This document shows, piece by piece, positions 1 to 11,027 of a DNA stretch of 64,000 nt (positions are counted from its first letter, which is position 1; each line of letters begins with the position of its first letter). Under the pieces are notes generated by a model. It was given only the letters and a program-made list of their open reading frames with translations, ran no database searches and had not been told where the DNA came from. The position numbers and the translations under genes are program-made. This DNA is from Tubulanus polymorphus (Eukaryota; Animalia; Nemertea), in assembly GCF_964204645.1 (NCBI RefSeq), contig NC_134033.1, positions 16,190,655-16,254,654 on the forward strand. Reading direction: 5' to 3'.

Positions 1-56
1 CTGCCCCTGCGTTTACCATGACTATCCTACGATGGTTTCAGCAATAGTAAAGTTAC

Positions 57-3000
57 CTTTACAATAGCCCCACAGTTTGTCCTGATCATAGTATTTGGTA
101 GTAGCGCACCACGGCCGTTTAGCGTTCAGCAAAATACAAGTATCATAACTTTTCTCTTTATAAACGAAAGGAAAGATGCACAGCTTCCCGCCTCCAGTTC
201 CTTCGACTGTTTTTATTTTCACTACAAAAAAAAGCGTGACAAGAAAATCAACGTCTAATTTTCAAAACATTGAAATTGAAGACAATGAACTTACGGGGGG
301 GGGGGGTTACCGGCGGGCGCACACCAGATAGCTAACAGAACACTCACGCACCTGTTCTTTCGTTCGTCACTTTAATACATTTCGAGCCTTCTTTTTTGTA
401 ATGAACAGGACATTGACCTCTATCTATACAGATATAAACAGACGCGTTAAGAATGTCACTAATTCAAGTCCTGTACCGTCTTGTGTCGCAGTGGAACTGA
501 GGTTATCAACCAGAGATGATACGATACGTACTGTAGATACGATGACAGATTCCATTTCGTCTTTCAAACCCTTTTGGACACGTGGTCGGTGTACCTATAA
601 ATATATTGTACATTAATGTTGCATTTCTACTAAATTGTAATATGTTTAACTGATCTGCTTCGTGTTATTCAGCGGGTAGACGGGTGGTTGGTGCAAAGTT
701 TAAAAGGGTAGACGGGTGGTTGGTGCAAAGTTTAAAAAGGAATGTGATCTAGTTTCGAAAGGAAGCCAATTCTAAAACGTTATGGCAATTTGTAGCCAGC
801 TCTATAGTCAGTCAGTTCTAGCCAGTTCTAATCAGTACTAATCGGCTAGCCGTGAGAACCAGTTCTCAGTTCTAACTGAATCTTGCCGGTTCTAATCAGC
901 CAGCTGTAAGGACTAGTACCAGTTAGATCTAGTTAGTTCTATTTTCAAATTCAGACACCAACCGCGGTAACCGAGGATCGATCGAATATCGTTTTTTTTC
1001 TCCGAGAATTATAGTTGAAATTTAATTGTCGGAGAACACCTGTTGGGATCGGAATTAGGAATTCATTAGTAGCGATCGGAACGAACCAATCGATTCGGTT
1101 CTCTGCATCTAGCCGTAGTACATCCTCGCTTGTCAGGGTTTGAAGCTCACCACGCCGACACAAACCCATCATTGGTCTGTTACACCGCCCAAAATTTCTT
1201 GAGCGGACAGGTTGTCGCTCAGCGGTCACCAGTCTATATATCTAGCCAATCAGGTACGTTGTACTGATCTGCCGGCGAAAAATAAACGCTATTGATCGGC
1301 TTAATACATAGACTGGTGGCCGCTGACTGGCAACCTGTCCAAGAATTTTTGGTGGTGTTATACACCAATGAAGGGTTTGTGGCCAGGCAACCAAACCCTG
1401 GCAAGCGAGGATGCCCGGAGTATACGGTTCCAACACTAACCCATTATTTTACTGTACAACCACTGGCTGGATCGTTTCACCTTGACCATAACGAAATTTC
1501 CGGTTCCGGTAACAGCCTTCATTTCACGTTTGTTCACCTTGTCGTTGGCGACCCAGTAAATTTCAATTCTTTTCTTCCTCAATTCTCGTCCGATTCTCGA
1601 TGAAGCTAACATGTTGTTCGAACTGCCAGCTCCCAGTACCACTATTACCTGCAATACGTTAAGTAAAACAGCATCAATATTTTTTGTACAGTGGAACTGC
1701 GTTACAGCGAACTTCTGGGCACCAGAAAATCTGTTCGTTATAACCGATAGTTCTATATACAGCCGAACCTCGTTACAACAAACTTCAGGAGACTAGAAAA
1801 TCTGTTCGTTATAACCGATAGTTCTATATACAGCCGAACCTGTTACAACAAACTTCAGGAGACTAGAAAATCTGTTCGTTATAACCGATAGTTCGCTATA
1901 ACCAGTATGAAATAATCACAATTTTCGTTAAGCGATAGTTCGTTGGATTCGGGATGAAATTGAAATAAATTGTCTTAAAAACTCTTTCGGGATGAAATTG
2001 AAATTCTTTCCAAGATAAATAGTTAGTGAAACTTTGCCCTAATTGACAGACACCGAAGTAGGTATCTACATCGATCAGTTTGTTCTCTCAGTCCCCCTAC
2101 CTTTCGAGCAGATTTTTTCCGGGCTCTATGATGCCTAACTAGTTGATGTTCCGCTTCTACCAGTCCGATAGCTAAATTAGACGGGTTGCCGACCTGTTTT
2201 ATATCGGTTATCGTGCGGAATACTTCCGCCTTCTGGACGGGTTTCCGCTTCAAGTCGAGTAAAACGCGCGCCCGTTCGTCGTAAGTGACCACTGCGACGT
2301 GAGCGCGAGCGTCGTCGATTCTGATTCCGTTCAAAATTCGAAGCAGTAAAAGTTTAATGTTAGTCAATTTGCGGGCGTTCATGCGTTTAGAAACATCGAC
2401 CAGCACGACCAGGTCAACCTTAACCAAATCTGATAGAGAAATGTAACGATATTAATCGGGTGTTTTTACATGACGAAGTAGATTAAAAATAAAGGTCTTT
2501 TCAAGTAAACGTGTCGATAGGTCGTACTAGGAAGGTTAACTGATTTTTATCAAATATCGTGATCATGATAAAATCAGTTTACCTAAACAGTACCTGTATT
2601 CATTATCAATTTGATAATCTCATGGCTTAGATAATCATGGATTTGATAATCTTATGGCTCTTAAGACCAGTCTAAGGCCATCTTCGTTCTATAGCCAATC
2701 AAAGAACCCAAGACCACGTTTGAATTTTTTAGGTCAAGACTATACAACTAGGCCAAGGTGAACACGGCTCGTTTACAAGATTCTAATTAGTCTCACCTCC
2801 TCCTGGGTCGAGTTTGATGCACGTTTTTCCCACTCCGTAATATCCTGGTTGACAATCTGTAACGAGAAGGATCTATAGACGTCACTTTCATCATTCGACT
2901 GGAAAACCTGCTGACTTTGAATCGACTTATTGAGAATTCTACCGACCTTTTTTGATACATTTTCTATCCCCGTTTAGCATTCCCGGCGGGCAGGACATCA

Positions 3001-6000
3001 CAGCTACAACAAGAAACAAATATGTTGCGATGGAAATTGGAAAAAGGCGAATCTCGAATAAAAACGTTTTTCTCATTAGGATTTGAAAGTTTGATAAGAC
3101 AACTTCCAAATAAAAAAAACCGAGGAAATTAGTTTCGACTTGGACAATTAACAAATTTTGCAATAAGAAATTATGCTTTTAAGACTTCAGAGCCGCCACC
3201 ATGACCGAAACCAGTCCGTCTCATCGGGGAACTTACCCTGGCAATAGCCCCATTTGCCGTCCGTGTCGTAGTCCGAAGTGGTGGCGCACCACACGTAAGA
3301 TGAACCAATCGCCGTGCACGCTTTATAGATTTGACCTTTATATCGAAAGGGAAATTTACAAAACGCGCCGGCGCCGTTACCCCCGAATGTTTTGATTAAT
3401 TCTACAAAGAATAAATCAAGAAATGAATGGGGAACAATGAACAGCAAGATAGGATACAGAAAATGTGTATAAATTTGAATATGATAAAGGAGGACTCGAA
3501 GGATTACAATCTCAGGTCGATCTATGTGCGCCAGTTATAATCTGTAAAATGAAGGGGTCACAAACGGTTGCGGAAGATGACGTCATTCCACTTACCAACT
3601 CGACGGACAATCGATAAGGCGCATTTCTGATCGCCTTGATCTACAAAACCAGGCGGACATGGAACACCATTCTTTACTGTAAATCAAATTAGACTCTAAT
3701 TAGTATCGTCCACTCTTGGGCAGAGGGGGTTTTCCTGTCGAAATCTAGACCCAGTTCAAATAGAAATGGCTAAAATTCAGATGTCGTATTAACCCATTAA
3801 GTGCTCTTGTACAGAGATGTTAATTTTATCTCTGAGCTAGGTGTCCACCGTTGTGAGTTGGGATTTGAACTCCCGGAGTCAAACTACTTGACCTCGAATC
3901 AATTTGGCTTTAGAGATGTTATTAACCATGAATTGTGGAACCAGATCCTTGAGACCAAATTAGCAGTCAATGAACCGTCCATGAATTTAAAGCTTTTGTT
4001 GAAACTTACGTTTTTTCTTGACTTTGATACATTTGGTTCCCTGTTGTATGAATCCTACTGGGCAGCCTTTTACATGTGCTAAAATTTAGAAATAAATATC
4101 CTGTTAATTCACCTGAGAAGTTAACTAGTATATCTGTCCCGTGGATGGATATCCTCTCAGCAAAAACGTCACGCCTGAAGTCAATCAATCAAATAAATAA
4201 TGGATAATCACGCTTATTTCTAGATCAAAGATCCACCAGTATTTTGTTATTCTAACTAATTAAGCCTCTTATCCGGGTCTCTGCTTACCGTGACAGACAA
4301 GTTTCACGAATTTTCCCTTTTTCAGATGCAGCGTGTCGGTGCTTTTCACGTGTATGGTCTCGTCTGCAAGTCGATTCAGTTTGGCGCGCACGAGATTCTT
4401 GCCGATACCGACGACGATCGACAGAACGTGTAAAGACTCGTCGTGAAGCGTCAGGTTTCCGAACAGATCCGAGTGACTGGTGATCAGTACGATGATATTG
4501 GGCACCCCGGCCCGGGCGCCGTTACCGGGCAGGAATACCTGCTGATGCACGGATTTCATCGCGGATTCTAAATTTCGAGTATTAAACTTCGTGCGTTTCA
4601 GATGTTTTGTAACTTCTTTGACAGCATCAACGTTAGTAGAATCCTAGAACAAAATGCGACATGCGCTGTATTTTATGCTGTTCATTGAGCCCTAGTCGTA
4701 TAACATTTTTTACTTTTAGTATCTATGTTCTTGGTGGTAGGCCTTTATGAATCATACAATTTCGTTATGACACTAGTATTCCTGGAGATGACTGCAATAG
4801 ATTTTAGTAGCAATCGCCAGGCGAATTAAGTGGTCCAGAGATTCGTTGACCTGTACCGGGTAACAAGGGTCTACAGTAAAGTTGACCGGTACCGAGGAAG
4901 GAGGAGTCTACTGTAGAGTTGACCTGTACCGGGTAACAAGGGTCTACAGTAAAGTTGACCGGTACCGAGGAAGGAGGAGTCTACTGTAGAGTTGACCTGT
5001 ACCGGGTAACAAGGGTCTACAGTAAAGTTGACCGGTACCGAGGAAGGAGGAGTCTGTAGAGTTGACCGGTATCGAGTATGGAGGAGTCTACTGTTTTTGA
5101 TCAGAACTATTTAAAACGTGGATTATGCTGTAGAGTTGACCAGTGGAGTTAACCATCAAGACGACAAGTACCGAGTTAGGAAGAATCAGGGAAAATGACG
5201 GTGTTTACCGAATGGATATAGTTAGAAAGTTTAAACGGATCGGGGTCTATGCTGTAGACCGGTTACCTTTAGTTTGAGAAGCACTTTCGCCCGTTTACTG
5301 AAACTGACAACAGCCACTCGATTGTGATCTAAACCGATTCTGAGATCGGACAGCACATCTTCGATGAACTGACCGACGGCTTTGAGGTCCTGTGTCACCA
5401 TCCCGCTGGACGTGTCGATCAGAAATATCAAATCACTGGCCATTTTACACCCTGAAATCCAACAGTACACAACGTACAATCAAACGCGCATCATCTGACG
5501 TCTTAATTTCCCAATGCGTAGGAGATCATTCTCTAATGGGAAGCTACAACACAATCCGAGTTTGGATGGTGAACCCTTATGGGTAGACCCTCCCCAACGT
5601 CAACCAAACCAAACTTCAGACGATAGGATCGAATGAGTCCTCATTCAGATAAGTTTTCAACAAACGATGAATTTGATGAACGATTTCTTATCATCTTAGA
5701 TAACCAATCTAAAGGTTTCCAGAAATGTATAAGATACTATTATGTTATTCATTATCTTCTACACTGAAAATAATCAGTTTATCTGCCATAATCATGAATG
5801 GGGTAACCGCACCGCTACTGTGGCAATCGAGGATTCCACTTCTGGCAGGCGAGGATCCACCAGGTTCGCTAGTAGTATGACTTGTTCTACATTTAAAACC
5901 GAATGATTTTTTCTTAAATGAATAAATCATTAATGAAATCTGTATCGATATCTGAGTAGAAAATATGAATTTATTAGAAATTCAGTACAAAGCTTATGAA

Positions 6001-7529
6001 CTAAATTTGACAACGAAATTATGAATATATATAAAAAGATTCATTTCCATTTTTACCTTTTTGTTTATTTTGCTCTGTTTCTGTCACGAATCGACCGGTG
6101 TAGATGGCTTCAACCTGCATCGATAAAATCTCAAAAACCACAGAATTAGGCAGATAGACAAAGTAGCAAGTTCAATCTTACGAGCCCGGCCTTGCCCTTC
6201 GTGATGTCGTCCACGTGAAGGCAACGTCTTGACGCGCGGACTATTTGTTTGTATCTTTTGCGACGAAAAACTATCACCGAAGCGAATATTTGACAACGCA
6301 AGCTTGATAATCGTAGAGTTAAAAGATGGTATAACAGTTTGAGCAGAATAACATCTAAACTAGGTCACGATGGCCACTTATTTCATCAAGTCGAATTTAA
6401 CTCAGTCTGGGACGTAAATATTCGGAACTGTCATATAACTTGTAATGAAGATTGATTTTGACGTATAGTTTTCGAATGGAAAATCTGCCTAATTCGTCGT
6501 TCAGCTCTTGAGAGATTATCGGTGATGTTTTTATTTTATCAAGCCAAACTACGCGCGGTGAATGAATGAAATAAGCGGCCGGCAGATATACGGAGAAATC
6601 AGGGGGAGATGGAAGGTGGGGGTGGGGGTAACCGGGTATTGGGTGACTGGCGACCGCGGTGTGTATACCCACGACGTTACGATTTTCGGAACCAAAAATA
6701 CATCGGTAAAAGCAAGACGAAAAAGGATTTAGAAGAACAAAGAACTTGGAACCGTAGTCTACAGGAACGCAAGTTACAAGTGCAGCGTTCGGGATTAGTT
6801 GAAATCCGAAGAAAAGTTGTCACCAGTTACAGGTACATAGTAATCGTAATTGATATGTCTGTTCTACAAAGAAAATTGGTATTAATTTGAATGAATTTGC
6901 ACAGTTATTGCTCAACTGATAACAAACATGTGCCAAAGTCTCTAACAAGTCAGTGTAGCAGTGGTCGAGTGGTTCGGTCACTGGTCTCGCCCCTTGCTCG
7001 TGGTGGTTTCTAGTACCGGTAGCTTGTGGCATTCTTGACCCCTGATCGCTTTTATCTATAGATAGATTGATACCCAAATCGGCTGAAATAAAAATTCGTC
7101 ACTGATTCTCTACGAAAGTCTGAAAAAGAATTGTCTTTTAGATTTTAATAGAAATGATTTAAATGGAAAATGTTTTTCCCGCGACTAGAACGTGTGGACG
7201 CGTACGCATTGGTCGCGTTTAGTGCCCATTTGAAATTCCGTTATCGATCAGCAGGGCTCTATACTGGAGGGGCAGTAGAATCTATGTTGAAGGGGCAGTA
7301 GACTCTATGCTGAAGGGGCAGTAGGGGCAGTAGGCTCTATGTTGAAGGGGTAGTAGACTCTATGTTGCTGCTGATTGATGCTCATGATAAATGTCACCGA
7401 ACGCTTGTGATTCTTCTACATCAATTAAGTTCTAACTTGTTTTCACTTACTCTTATCTTTCTCATCTGAGGCTGCAACAACAGTGGTTATAACAACGACC
7501 AGTAGACCGATGGTGAACAGTCCCCTCAT
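57..7529 (-). CDS. Secreted mosaic protein with von Willebrand A domains, fibronectin type II domains and short two-cysteine modules (3' end outside window)
   Basis: Phase-consistent GT-AG exons in transcript order: 7529-7451 (signal peptide MRGLFTIGLLVVVITTVVAASDEK); 6354-6182 and 6114-6057 (less certain); 5451-5267 + 4643-4289 (vWA: DLIFLIDTS..RVAVVSFS..GARAGVPNIIVLIT); 4078-4010; 3676-3596; 3401-3237 (FN2: CKFPFRYKG..C..WCATTSDYDTDGKWGYC); 3003-2947; 2856-2797; 2429-2101 + 1648-1441 (vWA); 594-532; 423-352; 221-57 (FN2: CIFPFVYK..WCATTKYYDQDKLWGYC). A probable non-coding exon ends at 9621 (donor gtaagt). Confidence 0.85.
1121..1413. mobile_element. MITE, family A (TIR CATCCTCGCTTGCCAGGGTTTG)
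   Basis: Begins catcctcgcttgtcagggtttg and ends caaaccctggcaagcgaggatg. Further copies at 7637-7849 and 22944-23235. Confidence 0.8.
1689..1905. repeat. Tc1/pogo-like MITE end with ~70-bp internal tandem repeat (~2.5 copies)
   Basis: Starts ta|cagtggaac. The unit agaaaatctgttcgttataaccgatagttc.. recurs at 1724, 1795 and 1865. The same sequence lies inside the intact MITE at 46554-46709. Confidence 0.7.
4845..5093. repeat. 73-bp higher-order minisatellite made of alternating 36/37-bp monomers, ~3.3 copies
   Basis: gttgacctgtaccgggtaacaagggtctacagtaaa alternates with gttgaccggtaccgaggaaggaggagtctactgtaga; dimers start at 4845, 4918 and 4991. Confidence 0.9.
7256..7367. repeat. ~23-bp minisatellite
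   Basis: ctatgttgaaggggcagtagact-type unit, about 4-5 copies. Confidence 0.8.
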
Positions 7530-7636
7530 CGCGCCCTCTATACGCCTACAATAGAATTACACAGCCCATAGAGACGACACTCCGGATAAATAAGAGTTCA
7601 TCGGACGTATTAATCATCGTGTTTGTAACATTCTAG

Positions 7637-7849
7637 CATCCTCGCTTGCCAGGGTTTGATTGCCGCCTGATGAAACTCAGGCAAACACAAACCCAAGCCT
7701 CTGCAGATCTCTGCAGGTGGCCACTTGGCGGCAACCAGTCCGCCTAAGAAATCTTGGGCGATGTAATATACCAATGAAGGGATCGCGGCTATGGTTTGCG
7801 TTGGCGTGAGCTTCGGCTGGCGACAATCAAACCCCGGTGGGCGAGAATG
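7637..7849. mobile_element. MITE family A, diverged copy
   Basis: catcctcgcttgccagggtttgattgccgcc ... gacaatcaaaccccggtgggcgagaatg. Confidence 0.7.
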
Positions 7850-8408
7850 CGCTTCAGGTGTCTGAACCCGAGAGCACCATTTTAAGACGGTGGTCCTGCT
7901 GAACGATGTCAAAGACGTTGTCTTTTTGTTTTTTAAAATTTTTCATTTTTGTATATTTGTGTCGGTCTCTGTAAATAATCTATGTTATGAATAAAAAATA
8001 ATAAATTCATTTTTGATCAATTTCTGGCAGGTTTCGATTGAACGTATCCCGGTTTGGGAATTGCGATTCCCGATTACATATATTCTCATGAACGTTTACA
8101 GATAACGCTATTCCGAACATGTGCCTGAAGAGTATCGAATCGGCAAAGAGACCAATCGAAATGTGCCATAAATTCTGTTCTTAAACTTTAAAATTTGTAT
8201 ATAGTTGGTTTTAAACATTTCATAAATTTTAGTTATTCAGCAATGTCCGAAAATGTGGATTTTTTACTGCCATTTAGTATAACTCGAGTGGGTGAAATAT
8301 TATGTTGTGATATTATGTAATATCTATTCGTTCACCACTTTAATCTACATTACAAAATGACATAATAGATCACGATTGATAAAACACTCTGGATCCGTGT
8401 TGAAGCTA

Positions 8409-9492
8409 AGTAGAGAGAATCCCACAATAATAACGAAAAAAACACAGTCCGAAAATGTAACCGAAGCTGGTATTCGCACTATCGTATCATATAATTACCC
8501 TTTGGTTTGCTTCCCTTAAATCTATTTTAGCGTGCAGCTGTTTCTGTACGTTAATTTTCATTTAGTTTGTATCATCTCTGATTACTTGAATTAGTCTCTT
8601 TGTCTCTGGATTGTATATAATATCTCATAATTTTTGTTGTAACTCATTATTTCTGAAGATGACTATTAGGATAAAGTCGAAACGTTGAATAAACTACACT
8701 AGCTCAAGGAATACAGTATTCCAGAAGATGACTATTAGGATAAACTCGAAACGTTGAATAAACTACACTAGCTCAAGGAATACAGTATTCCTGAAGATGA
8801 CTATTAGGATAAAGTCGAAACGTTGAATACACTACACTTGCTCAAGGAATGCAGTATTCCTGAAGATGACTATTAGGATATAGTCGAAACGTTGAATAAA
8901 CTACACTAGCTCAAGGAATACAGTATTCCTGAAGATGACTATTAGGATAAAGTCGAAACGTTGAATACACTACACTTGCTCAAGGAATGCAGTATTCCTG
9001 AAGATGACTTAAGTCGAAACGTTGAATAAACTACATTAGCTCAAGGAAAACAGTATTCCTGAAGATGACTATTAGGATAAAGTCGAAACGTTGAATAAAC
9101 TACACTAGCTCAAGGAATACAGTATTCCTGAAGATGACTATCAGGATATAATCGAAACGTTGAATAAACTATTCACTAGTTCAAGGAATACAGTATTCCT
9201 GAAGATGACTAAAGTCGAAACGTTGAATAAACTACACTAGTTCAAGGAATACAGTATTCCTGAAGATGACTATTAGGATATAATCGAAACGTTGAATAAA
9301 CTATTCACTAGTTCAAGGAATACAGTATTCCTGAAGATGACTAAGGTCGAAACGTCACATAAACTACACTAGCTCAAGGAATACAGTATTCCTGAAGATG
9401 ACTAAAGTCGAAACGTTGAATAAACTACTAAAAGCATCAGTTACATTTTCGGACTGTGTTTTTCTCGTTATTATTGTAGGATTCTCTCTACT
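8409..9492 (+). mobile_element. Non-autonomous Penelope-like (PLE) derivative with inverted flanks
   Basis: 8409-8468 is the reverse complement of 9433-9492 (about 60 bp, few mismatches). It encloses the hammerhead array, and AATAAA follows the core in most units. Hammerhead-bearing pLTRs with inverted 5' segments are an established PLE feature. No ORF is present, so the assignment is inferred. Confidence 0.6.
8646..9428 (+). ncRNA. Tandem array of 12 minimal type I hammerhead ribozyme motifs (61-71 bp units)
   Basis: Unit: UAUUC-CUGAAGA-U-GAC(loop)GUC-GAA-ACGU-U-GAAUA, i.e. helix I (UAUUC/GAAUA), CUGANGA and GAAA cores, helix II, palindromic helix III. Cores start at 8653, 8722 (mutant CAGAAGA), 8791, 8860, 8929, 8998, 9059, 9128, 9199, 9260, 9331 and 9392. 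Confidence 0.85.
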
Positions 9493-10945
9493 AACATGAT
9501 AGATTTACAGCCGCCCAACCTTTCTACTTCTCATAGTATATGATGATAGTCTACTTGTCACCATCAATATGTACAAAAATAATAACAAGAAAAACAACTG
9601 ATTTCAACCAGGAAACTTACCTTTCTGTCTGTAAACCTAAATGTGAAACCCTTTTACGAAGCGACTATTCGAAAATTCCTCGGTTTAAGATCATCCGATT
9701 GTCCTAATGAAACTCTATAATTCGCCGTTGTTATCTCGGGGCCATGTGCGAACTGATATCGGCGCCCAATTATAACGCGAACACAATCGCGCGATGAACG
9801 GCACCTACCCTTAAAAACAGAACAGATGTCGAAAACCTATACCGAGCCTCCCCCCGTGTTTAATTCCCGACGATCGTTATCGAATTCTCGTTTCGAAAAG
9901 CGGCAATTAGATAAAACACGTAACCAATTAGTTTTCTGAGCTGTAACGATTTTATTTCATCGATATTTTAATTAGAATATATATAAATATAATTCTGAAT
10001 ATCGCGTATTGCGTTTGGACTTCAGTTCGGATGCGTTTGGAAAGGTTTGTCTCACCCCGATTATTGAAAACAATAAGCCTACATGTTATTGCGCTCCTAA
10101 AACCTGTACTGTACCTAAAATGGAGGTCGTGCAGTCACGTGCTTTCCAAATGACCAACGCCACCTGTCAGCAACTACGATCAACGAAAACGACGGAACGA
10201 CGGAATAGCTTCAACTCGGATTTATTTACTAGCACTAAACAACGAGTACCGATTTGCTACAAAACAAAAACAACTAAATGAGTAACAATACAATAAAATT
10301 AGCAGAAAATTGTGATAATTCGATAACTTACAATTGCTATCTCCAGCCATAGCGTAGTGCTGGCATACCTCAAATTCGAATGACAGGATAAGACTGTGCA
10401 TTTTACTGAAATGCCGCGAAAATTTATACAGATAGAAGTTCATCGGTTTACTAAATCTATTCAATTCTCCGTGAAGCGAAACGCAAAGGATTTAAGGATA
10501 ATACTGTATACAAATATCCAACAGTACTAATACACGACTTTAACAATACCGGTGAAGGAAGCACAAATTTAACTTTATATACATAGATTTCAACACTGCC
10601 ATATTGAAGGCCATTTACGTGACAGATTCCCAAAGTTTTCAACTGATCATGCATTTGAGCAATCTTTAGTGTCAAAGCTTGTTATATATGAATCAATATA
10701 TCATATTTTGCCCAGCACCTGCTCGAAGGCTTGTTGGTAAATGCACGTTATGTTATCACATCTTAATTTCAATTTTGATTTATAATTCTTCGTTCGTATT
10801 GTCCTGTCTAATGTAAGAGATCATCTGGTGTACTAGTATAACTAAGGAACAATAAAGAGTATTTGTATTTGTATTTGTATTTGTACTTATGCATGACAAG
10901 TCGGCAACACTGGCGGGCAAACTTACTATGACGTCACGTGCTCTA

Positions 10946-10947
<2 letters not shown>

Positions 10948-11023
<76 letters not shown>
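10948..11023. repeat. (TA)n microsatellite
   Basis: About 38 uninterrupted TA dinucleotides. Confidence 0.97.

Positions 11024-11027
<4 letters not shown>

Noticed and set aside
295-331. Extra micro-exon (IWCAPAGNPPPP)
   Set aside because: Would need a ~20-nt intron after exon 423-352, which is too short.
951-1436. ORFs 951-1229 and 1242-1436 as part of the vWA gene
   Set aside because: They largely overlap MITE family A, and the gene splices in phase without them.
3500-3541. Alternative terminal exon (DYNWRT-stop) after a good acceptor
   Set aside because: Only an acceptor-like motif supports it; cannot be established without transcripts.
8646-9428. CRISPR array
   Set aside because: No unique spacers (the whole unit repeats), no cas genes, and spliceosomal gene context.
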